64,000 nucleotides of DNA. Source: an uncultured Bacteroidales bacterium (lineage in GTDB: Bacteria > Bacteroidota > Bacteroidia > Bacteroidales > B18-G4). Where the stretch lies: positions 29,572-93,571 of the forward strand of contig CAZHFC010000001.1 in NCBI GenBank assembly GCA_964531985.1, in the 5' to 3' direction. Shown here in pieces: positions 8,948 to 20,412 of this stretch (its first letter is position 1; the number at the start of each line of letters is the position of its first letter). The notes beneath the pieces are model-generated. The model saw only the letters and a list, made by a program, of their open reading frames with translations. It made no database searches and was not told the DNA's origin. The position numbers were made by a program, and so were the translations under genes.

Positions 8948-10012
8948 ATGAAAAAGATCCTTCTCATCACCGTATTGCTGATTATTGCGTTTGGCGCTTC
9001 TTCACAGGCACCAAAGTACAGCAATGAGTTTCTTGCAATCGGTGTCGGGGCCCGCCCCCTTTCCATGGCCGGTGCACAAACAGCCATTGCAATGGATGTT
9101 ACGGCCGGGTATTACAATCCTGCCGGCCTTGTCAGGCAAACTTCCGATTACCAGATCGGTTTGATGCACAACGAATATTTCGCGGGAATCGCCAAATACG
9201 ATTACGCCGCTTTTTCCATGCGGCTCGACACGGCTGCCGCAGTCGGGCTTTCGGTGATCCGCCTCGGTATTGATGACATTCCCAATACGATCGATCTTTA
9301 CGACGACCAGGGCAATATCAATTACGACCGTATCACCAGGTTTTCGGCTGCCGATTATGCCATGTTGTTTTCATATGCCCGGAAAAGCAGGATCAGGGGG
9401 CTGAGTTACGGAGGCAACGTTAAAGTCATATTCAGACAGATCGGCAGTTTTGCCAAGGCATATGGCTTTGGCCTCGATGCCGGAGTACAATACAGGACCG
9501 GTAATTGGTTTTTTGGCGCCCTTGGCAGGGATATCACCTCCACTTTTAATGCCTGGACCTACGATCTGACCGATAATATGACGGAAGTATTCAGGGAAAC
9601 AGGCAATGAAATACCTGAGAATTCGCTTGAAGTTACCCTGCCCCGGCTTAACCTCGGTGCCGGCCGGTCCATCCGGATATCTGATAGTTTTTCTTCCCTG
9701 CTCGTCATCGACCTGGATGTGACCTTCGATGGAAAAAGAAATACCCTGGTCAGATCAAACCCGATTAGCATCGATCCTAAATTCGGAGTCGAATTAACTT
9801 TCAGGGATATTGTATACGTGCGCGGAGGCGTGGGCAACATTCAGCAAATCACCGATTTCGATAATAAAACAAGCACGAAGGCGCAACCGAACTTCGGGGT
9901 GGGCTTCATCATCAAAAAGATGGTCTCCATTGATTATGCCCTTACCAATGTGGGCAATTCTGATTTCTATTCAAATGTCTTTTCCCTCAGGATCGACCTG
10001 AACGGCAAATAG
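8948..10012 (+). CDS. PorV/PorQ-family outer-membrane beta-barrel (PorV-like paralog)
   Basis: Signal peptide, and an N-terminal FLAIGVGARPLSMAGA...YYNPAGL motif characteristic of FadL-like PorV/PorQ barrels. Confidence 0.75.
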   Translation: MKKILLITVLLIIAFGASSQAPKYSNEFLAIGVGARPLSMAGAQTAIAMDVTAGYYNPAGLVRQTSDYQIGLMHNEYFAGIAKYDYAAFSMRLDTAAAVGLSVIRLGIDDIPNTIDLYDDQGNINYDRITRFSAADYAMLFSYARKSRIRGLSYGGNVKVIFRQIGSFAKAYGFGLDAGVQYRTGNWFFGALGRDITSTFNAWTYDLTDNMTEVFRETGNEIPENSLEVTLPRLNLGAGRSIRISDSFSSLLVIDLDVTFDGKRNTLVRSNPISIDPKFGVELTFRDIVYVRGGVGNIQQITDFDNKTSTKAQPNFGVGFIIKKMVSIDYALTNVGNSDFYSNVFSLRIDLNGK

Positions 10013-10082
10013 CATTTCCAAACAATTTCCCCTTTTTACCCTCCAGTTTTCTTATCTTTGAAACAGTTTTAATACTGCCTTT

Positions 10083-10922
10083 ATGCATGGATTCTCATCT
10101 TATTCCCATTCCCGTGAACAGTTACTGGAAAGGGCTGCCGTAATCCTCCGGCCTGAACTCCGGGCCGGATCACCTACCGAAGCATTGCGTTTTCTGCTCG
10201 GTATCATTGACCTTACAAGCCTGGAGGCAACCGATACGGATGCAGGTATCAGGGCCCTGTGCAAACAGGCCGTTTCCTTTTCAGTCCGTAAGCCGGGAAC
10301 CCCCGATGTGGCTGCGGTCTGCGTTTATCCGCCCTTCACTTCCCTCGTTAAACAGGAACTTCATGGCAGTACTGTTAAAACGGCTTGTGTTGCTGCGGCT
10401 TTTCCCTCCGGGCAGGCCCCCCTTCAATTGAAACTGCAGGAAGTTAAATACGCGCTGGCCGAAGGCGCGGAAGAAATCGATATGGTCATCAGCCGTGGAA
10501 AGTTCCTGGAGGAAAAATACCGGGAGGTGGGGGATGAGATCAGGGCCGTAAAAGAGCTTTGCGGAAAAGTTAAGCTGAAGGTGATACTCGAAACCGGGGA
10601 GTTGCAGTCGGTCGAAAATGTCAGGAAAGCCTGCGAGATCGCCCTGCCTGCCGGAGCCGATTTCCTCAAGACTTCCACCGGAAAGGTGCAGCCTGCAGCT
10701 ACCATCGATGCCTTTGTGATCATGCTCGACACCATTCTGGAGTTTTACGGGATGACCGGCAAAATGACTGGCATAAAGGCTGCTGGTGGCATCGCCGATG
10801 CATCTGCCGCTTTGCAATATTTTATGCTTGTGAAGGAAATCCTGGGTGAGGCATGGTTGAGCAAAGACTTATTCCGTATCGGCGCCAGCCGGCTGGCCGA
10901 AAATATCTTCAGTGAACTTTAA
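10083..10922 (+). CDS. deoC: Deoxyribose-phosphate aldolase
   Basis: Motifs IDLTSL, AAVCVYP, GAEEIDMV, LKVILETGEL, ADFLKTSTGK, GIKAAGGI and FRIGAS. Confidence 0.95.
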   Translation: MHGFSSYSHSREQLLERAAVILRPELRAGSPTEALRFLLGIIDLTSLEATDTDAGIRALCKQAVSFSVRKPGTPDVAAVCVYPPFTSLVKQELHGSTVKTACVAAAFPSGQAPLQLKLQEVKYALAEGAEEIDMVISRGKFLEEKYREVGDEIRAVKELCGKVKLKVILETGELQSVENVRKACEIALPAGADFLKTSTGKVQPAATIDAFVIMLDTILEFYGMTGKMTGIKAAGGIADASAALQYFMLVKEILGEAWLSKDLFRIGASRLAENIFSEL

Positions 10923-10970
10923 AATGCTTCGTTTGTTAATTTTTCACTTGTCGTACGAAAAAAGATTTCA

Positions 10971-11762
10971 ATGAAGCATGTTACCCTCCTGTTGACAGTT
11001 TTCTTCAGCCTGCAACTTATTTCTGCACAAACACCGCTTGATACCGCGGTGAACTTTTCGGTTAAGGATATTCATGGAAATACCCTTGAGCTTTTTCCCA
11101 TTCTGGATGAGGGGAACCTGGTGGTAATCGATTTTTTCTCCACTTCCTGCGGCCCCTGTGCCTTCTATGCCCCGGAGATACAGGCTTCGTATGAGCATTT
11201 TGGCGAAAACGGCAGCAATGTCTTTTTTATGGGGATTTGCTGGGGCGATGACAATGCGGGCGTGGCCCATTTCGATTCCCTTTACGGTGTCACTTATCCC
11301 TCGGTCAGCGGCAGTCAGGGAGGCGGCAACCTCGTCCATAACCTTTATCAGATCGATGCAACACCCACCGTGATACTGATCACGCCCGACAGGCTCATCG
11401 TTGAAAATTTTATCTGGGAACCCACCACCCTTAACCTGAATGCAGCCATCACAGCCGCCGGCGGCTTTCCCCTCGGAACGGATGACCATTATCCCCATAC
11501 GGGCAACCCGGTGTTCTTTTATCCCAACCCTTCCGCCGGAAAAATATATGCTGCCGTTGAATCCGCCAATTCTTCCAAATGGCATCTTGAGGTGCATAAC
11601 CTGCCGGGGAGCCTGGTATACCGTTCACCGGCCGAAACGGCCCCTGCCGGGAAACATCTCATAATGGCCGGGCTGGGCGGATTGCCTGGTGGTATATATT
11701 TTATCAGGATCTTAAAGGATGATGTCCCTTTCAGCCTGAATAAGGTTGTCCTCCTCGACTAA
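10971..11762 (+). CDS. Thioredoxin-like (TlpA/redoxin) protein with a T9SS C-terminal domain
   Basis: Signal peptide, VVIDFFSTSCGPC active site, cis-Pro motif ATPT, and a CTD FYPNPS...GGIYFIRI...KVVL. Confidence 0.8.
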   Translation: MKHVTLLLTVFFSLQLISAQTPLDTAVNFSVKDIHGNTLELFPILDEGNLVVIDFFSTSCGPCAFYAPEIQASYEHFGENGSNVFFMGICWGDDNAGVAHFDSLYGVTYPSVSGSQGGGNLVHNLYQIDATPTVILITPDRLIVENFIWEPTTLNLNAAITAAGGFPLGTDDHYPHTGNPVFFYPNPSAGKIYAAVESANSSKWHLEVHNLPGSLVYRSPAETAPAGKHLIMAGLGGLPGGIYFIRILKDDVPFSLNKVVLLD

Positions 11763-11960
11763 CAGTTTCCATATTTTCCATCAACCATTTTCCGGTCATT
11801 ACTGAAATATTTTTATTTATGCCCGGCTATACTGCAGGAAACGGATTTTTTTGCAGTAATTTTATGGCACGAAACCGGCAGGTATTGCCATCATTCATTA
11901 TGTGATCAAACCCGGCAGCCATAAAAAGGTTTCGTCAAAATGTTTCATTAAAACCGATAT

Positions 11961-12473
11961 TTGATGAGAAAAAATATCACCATCAGGCTTTCTGCGGCCC
12001 TGGCCATTGATATCCTGGCTGTTTGTGTCGTTGTGTTCATGGGCGACCTGTCAGCTTTTTTTAAGGTACCATTGTACCAGTATGATCTGATGCGGCTCCT
12101 GGTCATTTTATCCATTGCCTTTACGCCGCGCTGGAACGGCTTTTTGCTGGCTTTCCTGCTACCCTTGATCTCGTGGTATTTTGGCGGGCATCCGCATTTT
12201 CTGAAAAGCGGACTGATGATGGTCGAACTGCTTGTGAATGTTTGGTTGTTCTGGTTCCTTTTCGACCGCATACGCTTCTCCCTGCTGTCAATGATACTGG
12301 CCATCCTGTTCAGTAAACTGCTTTACTACACCTTGAAATACCTGTTTATCACCCAGGGATGGATCAGCGGTGAACTTGTCAGCACACCGGTCGACCTTCA
12401 GTTGATCACCGGCCTGCTATACAGTGTCTTCATATTCATTGTTTTTAATGTTGGAGGAAGAAAGAAAAAATGA
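11961..12473 (+). CDS. Small polytopic membrane protein, ECF S-component-like
   Basis: About five or six hydrophobic segments in 170 aa, with LPLISWYFGGHP...MMVEL resembling S-component patterns. Confidence 0.55.
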   Translation: MMRKNITIRLSAALAIDILAVCVVVFMGDLSAFFKVPLYQYDLMRLLVILSIAFTPRWNGFLLAFLLPLISWYFGGHPHFLKSGLMMVELLVNVWLFWFLFDRIRFSLLSMILAILFSKLLYYTLKYLFITQGWISGELVSTPVDLQLITGLLYSVFIFIVFNVGGRKKK

Positions 12474-12901
12474 TAACGATAAACAAAATCACCAGGGCAG
12501 TAATGCTGTCCCTGTTTTCCGTTTTCCTGTTCACGGCCTGCGACACATCGGATGATAATAATCCGTCACCTGTTCCGGATGCCCGCGATAAGTTCACCGG
12601 AACCTGGCAGGTAAACGATGAGATTTGCATCAAGGGGAAATATGTTGTCGGTATTACCAGGGATCCCTCGAATTCGGCCCAGGTGCTGATCTCGAACTTT
12701 GCTTTCTCCAATACCAGTCAGCCCGATACGGCCATCGTTGCCGGCAGCTCCATCGTGGTATACAAGCAGAAGAACAGTGAAGGCTGGTCGATCGAAGGAA
12801 ATGGATTTTATAAGTCGAACGGCAGCATTGAATGGACCTATACCCTTATTATCTCAGGCTTCCAGGAAAGCTGTTCGGCTACCTATGTCAGGGGCAAGTG
12901 A
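12470..12901 (+). CDS. Hypothetical lipoprotein
   Basis: Lipobox FTAC, a DARDKFTGTW motif, and a 4-bp ATGA overlap with the upstream gene. Confidence 0.7.
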   Translation: MITINKITRAVMLSLFSVFLFTACDTSDDNNPSPVPDARDKFTGTWQVNDEICIKGKYVVGITRDPSNSAQVLISNFAFSNTSQPDTAIVAGSSIVVYKQKNSEGWSIEGNGFYKSNGSIEWTYTLIISGFQESCSATYVRGK

Positions 12902-12937
12902 TGCTGGCCTGCCATGTGGGCTTATGCCATGGCCTTC

Positions 12938-13303
12938 TCATTCAAGGCTCACTTCGCTTTCGATTATGCTGAGCCGGTTAACCACGGCTTCGTATATCTC
13001 TTCAAGGGTCTTCAGGTCACTTTTATAATAGTCGAGACTGTTATCGAATTGCTCTTTGCTCACCCCGTGCTTTGAAAATACGTGGGCGTAAAATCCTTCT
13101 GCTGTATCTTCTGTTTCATGGCCCAGGTTCTGCTTTTCCCTGAGGGCGGATTCAGCCAGTTCAATGTCGGTCAGGATCAGCACCATTTCTTCTTTTGGGA
13201 TCAGTCCTTCCGGTTCCCGGGCACGCTCAGTATCATAGGTCTGGTAGCATGAAGCCAGCAAAAACAGGCCGGTTAAAAGCAGGAAAACCTTTGTTTTACC
13301 CAT
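12938..13303 (-). CDS. DUF4296-family lipoprotein
   Basis: The start is placed at ATG 13303 (MGKTKVFLLL...LASC). Pattern LIPKEEMVLILTDI...VFSKHGVSKEQFDNSLDYY...IYEAV. Confidence 0.75.
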   Translation of the reverse strand: MGKTKVFLLLTGLFLLASCYQTYDTERAREPEGLIPKEEMVLILTDIELAESALREKQNLGHETEDTAEGFYAHVFSKHGVSKEQFDNSLDYYKSDLKTLEEIYEAVVNRLSIIESEVSLE

Positions 13304-13307
13304 GGGA

Positions 13308-15500
<2,193 letters not shown>

Positions 15501-15677
15501 GTTCCTCAAAACTTAAAAATCAATATCTTTGTGAGGCCGTAGTAAAAATTATCAGGAATTAATAACGTTATATTAAATGATTATGTTCTGTGCTTTTCTG
15601 ATCATGCGCAATTTTTATTCCCGCTTTAACAAATATAAGGATAAAAGCTGTTTTTAAAAACAAAAAAAATAAAAAAA

Positions 15678-16649
15678 GTGTTAATAAATTCACAGGATAA
15701 CATCCGGGAAATTGCCTTATCGACCATTGAGAATGAGGCTGCTGCCATCAGTGGCCTGAAAAGGGCCATTAATAAGGATTTCGAAACATGTGTCCGGCGG
15801 ATATTTGCTTCCTCCGGCAGGCTGATCATTACCGGTATCGGAAAAAGTGCCAATATTGCGCAAAAGATCGTCTCTACACTGAACTCGACCGGCACACCGG
15901 CGGTTTTCATGCATGCCGCCGACGCCGTCCATGGCGATCTGGGCATCGTTCGTGACGATGACATCGTGATGTGCCTCTCCAAGAGCGGGGAAACACCGGA
16001 GATCAGGGTGCTCGTGCCACTGCTCAGGGCCCGGCAGAATATTTTGATCGCCATGGCCGGTAACATGGAATCGTATCTGGCTAAACAGGCCGACCTGGTC
16101 CTCGATACCTCGGTTGAAAAGGAGGCCTGCCCGAATAACCTGGCACCTACGGCCAGCACTACCGCGCAACTGGTCATGGGCGATGCGCTGGCCATGGCAC
16201 TGCTCTCCCTCCGGGGCTTCACATCCGAGGATTTTGCCCGCTTCCATCCCGGCGGCTCCCTCGGGAAAAGAATGTACCTGAAAGTGTCGGACCTCTGCGT
16301 TAACAACGAAAAACCCATGGTACATCCCGGCGCCGGGATCAGGGAAGTGATCGTAGAGATCTCTTCCAAAAGGCTTGGGGCGGCCGTGGTGATGGACCAT
16401 GACAAACTGCTGGGCATCATTACCGACGGCGACCTCAGGCGGATGCTGGAACAGGATACCGATATAAATGAACTGAAAGCCATAGATATCATGACCCGAA
16501 ACCCGAAATCCATTGATGAAGATGAACTGGTGGTGAATGCACTGGAGATCATGCGGCAGAATAAGATCACCCAGCTTCCCGTGATAGGGAAAAACACCTA
16601 TGTGGGCGTCATCCATATGCATGATATCATCAGGGAAGGAATCATTTGA
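15678..16649 (+). CDS. kdsD: KpsF/GutQ arabinose-5-phosphate isomerase (SIS domain plus two CBS domains)
   Basis: Motifs TGIGKS, HGDLG, SKSGET, EACPNNLAPTAST, FHPGGSLG and GIITDGDLRR. Confidence 0.92.
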   Translation: MLINSQDNIREIALSTIENEAAAISGLKRAINKDFETCVRRIFASSGRLIITGIGKSANIAQKIVSTLNSTGTPAVFMHAADAVHGDLGIVRDDDIVMCLSKSGETPEIRVLVPLLRARQNILIAMAGNMESYLAKQADLVLDTSVEKEACPNNLAPTASTTAQLVMGDALAMALLSLRGFTSEDFARFHPGGSLGKRMYLKVSDLCVNNEKPMVHPGAGIREVIVEISSKRLGAAVVMDHDKLLGIITDGDLRRMLEQDTDINELKAIDIMTRNPKSIDEDELVVNALEIMRQNKITQLPVIGKNTYVGVIHMHDIIREGII

Positions 16650-16659
16650 AATCCTGATC

Positions 16660-17019
16660 ATGAACAAAAAAGTTGAAGAATACAATGCCTACCGGCAGCA
16701 GATGAACGAGCGGCTGCTGAAAGCCGGAAACAATAAGATCATTAAACGGATCTTTAACCTGGATACAAACACCTATACCGACGGTGCCCTGGATGTACGC
16801 ACCAAGGAACTGCTTGGCCTGGTTGCATCCATGGTGCTTCGTTGCGATGATTGTATCAAATACCACCTTCAGCAGTGCTGCCGGCTTGGGGTGACAAGTG
16901 AGGAGATCATGGAGGTGTTTGGGGTGGCCAACCTGGTAGGCGGCACCATTGTAATCCCCCATACTCGCCGTGCATTGGAATTCTGGGAAGCTTTGCAAGC
17001 CGAAAACAATGGAAAGTAA
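16660..17019 (+). CDS. Carboxymuconolactone decarboxylase/AhpD-family protein
   Basis: GALDVRTKELLGLVASMVLRCDDCIKYH. The start is placed at ATG 16660, after the kdsD stop. Confidence 0.85.
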   Translation: MNKKVEEYNAYRQQMNERLLKAGNNKIIKRIFNLDTNTYTDGALDVRTKELLGLVASMVLRCDDCIKYHLQQCCRLGVTSEEIMEVFGVANLVGGTIVIPHTRRALEFWEALQAENNGK

Positions 17020-17058
17020 AGACCGGACCCGGATCAATTCCGCAATGGAAAGGATTAA

Positions 17059-19536
17059 ATGAAACGCAGCAGGCAACTGTATACCGCAGTACTTGTCATC
17101 ATGGCCATGCTTACGGCAGGGCCGGCATCCGCCCAGATCACCAAGATCATGGGAAAGGTGACCAATGCATCCGATTCTGAGCCCATACCTTTCGTCAATA
17201 TCTATTTCAGCGGTACCAACATCGGCGCCACATCCGATTTCGAAGGCCGTTATGTGATAGAAACCTATTATCCCGGCGATTCGCTTACGGCTTCCTATGT
17301 CGGTTATTTGCCACAGAACAGGAAGGTTACGCCAAAAATTTTCCAGATTGTGAACTTTGAACTGTCGCCTGATGAGATCATGCTGAAGGAAGTGGTGATC
17401 CTGCCCGGCGAAAACCCCGCCGAGCTTATTCTGAGAAAGGTCATCGAAAATAAGGAGATCAATAACAGGAAGGAATTTGATGCTTACGAATATGAAGTAT
17501 ATACCAAAGTACAGTTCGATGCCAATAACCTGAATGAAAGACTGCAGGACCGCAGGCTGATCCGGCCCTTCAATTTCATCTTCGACTATACCGATACTTC
17601 AACCCTGAACGGAAAGGCTTACCTCCCCGTATTCTTGTCTGAAACCCTCTCGGAGATCTATTACCGCAAGGAACCGCGAAGCCGCATAGAGATCATACGT
17701 GCCTCGAAACTGTCGGGCGTTGAAAATGAAAGCATCACGCAGTTTCTCGGCGACCTGAATTCCAACATCAATATTTACGATAATTATATCACCCTTTTTC
17801 AGAAAAACTTCGTGTCGCCTGTGGCAAATTTTGGGCTGTCATTTTACAGGTATTACCTTGTCGACAGCCTCTATATCGACAATCAATGGTGCTACCAGAT
17901 CATGTTCAAGCCGCGCAGGAAGCAGGAACTCACCTTTACGGGGGCCTTATGGGTGCACGATACCACTTTTGCAGTTAAAAAAGTGGAGATGGAGATGGCC
18001 CGCGACGCCAATCTCAATTTTGTCAGTGCCGGACTGATCAGGCAGGAATACAGCCTCATTGAGGGCAAACACTGGATGCTTACCGGCGATTACCTGCTTG
18101 GCGATTTCAATATTACCAGAAACGCCAAAACCATTGGTGTTTATGGGCACCGTACCTCATCCCTGAAAAATTTCGTATTTGACCGGCCGCGGGAGAATGA
18201 TTTCTACAAAAGTCCGGTCAATGTCATCGTGGCCGAAGATGCGAGGGAACATGACGATCTGTATTGGGAGCTGGTGCGTCACGACAGCCTGACAAGCCGC
18301 GAAAAGGGCATATACGAGATGATCGATTCCATCAAGGGCATTCCCCTGTTCGATACCTACATGGATCTGGGATATATGCTGGGAAGCGGTTACTATGTAT
18401 GGGGTAACTTTGAGCTGGGCCCGTACTATAAGCTATTGAGCTTTAATGCCATTGAAGGGGCCCGCTTCAGGTTTGGCGGGCAAACGAGCAACCAGTTCAG
18501 CACAAGACTGATGCTTAGCGGTCATTTGGCATACGGCACCAAAGATATGCGGCTGAAATACGGCCTGGGGTTCCTTTATATGTTCAACAAAAATCCGAGA
18601 AGATCCCTGAGCGGGAATTATCTGTATGACATGGTACAGCTTGGGCAAAGCCAGGATGCCTTCAGCCAGGAAAGCTTTTTTGCCGTATTCTTCAGGAGAA
18701 ACCCGGCCAACAAACTATCCATGCTTGAGAGTTACGACCTGGCGTATGAACATGAATGGATCACGGGCTTTTCAAACACCTTTGTTTTTTCCCACAGGAA
18801 GTTGTTCCCGGTAGGGAACACAACCTTTGTGGTTTATCCCGAAGAGGACCTGGTATTGGTGGAGGATAATATTATTTCCGCCGAAATAGGACTACGGACC
18901 CGCTGGGCGCACAAGGAAAGATATATTCACGGTGAATTTACCCGCATCACCGTCGGGACAAAATATCCCATCTTAGAGCTGTATTATGGCTATGGCATGC
19001 CCGGCCTGTTTCAAAGCGAATATGAATATCATAAGATCCAGTTTCAGGTGCGGCAATGGTTCAATGTGTTTTCGATCGGCTGGTCGAAATATATCCTTGA
19101 AACGGGAAAACTATGGGGTACCCTGCCGTACCCCCTGCTGAAACTGCAGCCGGCCAACGAAACATTCCTTTTTGATGAATTTGCCTTTAACCTGATGAAC
19201 TATTATGAGTTTATCAATGACCAATATGTGAGCATCTATTATACGCATCATTTTGACGGGTTTTTTCTCAATCGCATTCCTTTGATGCGAAAACTGAAAT
19301 GGCGAAGCGTTGTGCATGGCCGGGCATTGTATGGTTCCCTTTCCCCCCGTAATCTGGCTTATTCCGATTTCCCGGGGCAGCAGGTCGAAAGCACCACCCC
19401 TTACTATGAGGCTGGAGCCGGTATTGAGAATATCCTGAAATTTTTCCGGGTGGATGCCATCTGGCGCCTGACGCACCGTGAGAGTGCACGCCTGCGAAAT
19501 TTCGGGATCTATATATCCGCAGCACTGTCTTTTTAA
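17059..19536 (+). CDS. Outer-membrane protein with a carboxypeptidase-regulatory-like N-domain (DUF5686-like)
   Basis: Signal peptide, GKVTNASDSEPIPFVNI...SYVGY, a barrel-like C-terminus PYYEAGAGIENILKFFRVD, and a terminal F. Confidence 0.75.
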   Translation: MKRSRQLYTAVLVIMAMLTAGPASAQITKIMGKVTNASDSEPIPFVNIYFSGTNIGATSDFEGRYVIETYYPGDSLTASYVGYLPQNRKVTPKIFQIVNFELSPDEIMLKEVVILPGENPAELILRKVIENKEINNRKEFDAYEYEVYTKVQFDANNLNERLQDRRLIRPFNFIFDYTDTSTLNGKAYLPVFLSETLSEIYYRKEPRSRIEIIRASKLSGVENESITQFLGDLNSNINIYDNYITLFQKNFVSPVANFGLSFYRYYLVDSLYIDNQWCYQIMFKPRRKQELTFTGALWVHDTTFAVKKVEMEMARDANLNFVSAGLIRQEYSLIEGKHWMLTGDYLLGDFNITRNAKTIGVYGHRTSSLKNFVFDRPRENDFYKSPVNVIVAEDAREHDDLYWELVRHDSLTSREKGIYEMIDSIKGIPLFDTYMDLGYMLGSGYYVWGNFELGPYYKLLSFNAIEGARFRFGGQTSNQFSTRLMLSGHLAYGTKDMRLKYGLGFLYMFNKNPRRSLSGNYLYDMVQLGQSQDAFSQESFFAVFFRRNPANKLSMLESYDLAYEHEWITGFSNTFVFSHRKLFPVGNTTFVVYPEEDLVLVEDNIISAEIGLRTRWAHKERYIHGEFTRITVGTKYPILELYYGYGMPGLFQSEYEYHKIQFQVRQWFNVFSIGWSKYILETGKLWGTLPYPLLKLQPANETFLFDEFAFNLMNYYEFINDQYVSIYYTHHFDGFFLNRIPLMRKLKWRSVVHGRALYGSLSPRNLAYSDFPGQQVESTTPYYEAGAGIENILKFFRVDAIWRLTHRESARLRNFGIYISAALSF

Positions 19537-19551
19537 TTAAATTTGAAACTT

Positions 19552-20277
19552 ATGATACTGAGAACCGAAAACCTGATAAAAAAATACGGACGCAGGACAG
19601 TCGTGCGGGATGTGTCCTTTCATGTTGAACAGGGCGAGATCGTTGGCTTGCTGGGGCCCAACGGAGCAGGGAAAACAACATCTTTCTATATGATCGTGGG
19701 GCTTATCAAGCCGTTTTCGGGAAAGGTTTTTCTGGGCGATCTGGACATCACTTCCTACCCCATGTATAAACGGGCCAAGTCCGGGATCGGCTACCTCGCC
19801 CAGGAGGCTTCCGTATTTCGCAAGCTTAGCGTAGAAGACAACATCCGGGCGGTGCTGCAGTTTTCGAAATTCTCCAAAAACGAACAAAACCGGCGGCTCG
19901 AAAGCCTTCTTGAAGAGTTTGGCCTGCAGCAGGTGCGAAAAAGCTATGGAATTCAGCTTTCGGGAGGGGAAAGACGGCGAACCGAGATTGCCCGCGCCCT
20001 GGCCACCGACCCCAGCTTCATCCTGCTTGACGAGCCTTTTGCCGGTGTCGACCCCATCGCTGTGGAAGACATACAGAGTATCGTTTCAAAATTGATTGAA
20101 AAGAATATCGGCGTGCTTATCACCGACCATAATGTTCATGAAACGCTCAGCATCACCCACCGGGCTTACCTGCTCTTCGAAGGCAGCATCCTGAAGGCAG
20201 GCACTGCCGAAGAACTGGCTGAGGATGAACATGTACGCAGGGTTTACCTCGGCGAAAACTTCTCACTTACCCGATAA
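19552..20277 (+). CDS. lptB: LPS export ABC transporter ATP-binding protein
   Basis: Motifs [46 protein letters not shown] and VYLGENF. Confidence 0.95.
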   Translation: MILRTENLIKKYGRRTVVRDVSFHVEQGEIVGLLGPNGAGKTTSFYMIVGLIKPFSGKVFLGDLDITSYPMYKRAKSGIGYLAQEASVFRKLSVEDNIRAVLQFSKFSKNEQNRRLESLLEEFGLQQVRKSYGIQLSGGERRRTEIARALATDPSFILLDEPFAGVDPIAVEDIQSIVSKLIEKNIGVLITDHNVHETLSITHRAYLLFEGSILKAGTAEELAEDEHVRRVYLGENFSLTR

Positions 20278-20412
20278 CGCACATCTCATACTCCCTTTGC
20301 CCTTGCATAAGGTTGAACCATTGAACGATCGATAAAACGAAACAAATGAAGGCTTCTAATATCGCGCAACCCTGCATGCCCGGTCTTTCAGCTCATCAGC
20401 TCTGTTCACTGA

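Noticed and set aside
10933-10950. Rex-like sequence TTGTTAATTTTTCAC before the redoxin gene
   Set aside because: The half-site spacing is off by one and the right arm is poor.
11865-11880. Possible second sigma-54 promoter TGGCACGAAACCGGCA
   Set aside because: The -12 element is CGGCA rather than TTGCW, and the sequence is better explained by the stem structure or a housekeeping promoter.
15562-15590. ModE half-site CGTTATAT between recQ and kdsD
   Set aside because: There is no matching second half at the 8-bp spacing, and the flanking genes are unrelated to Mo/W.
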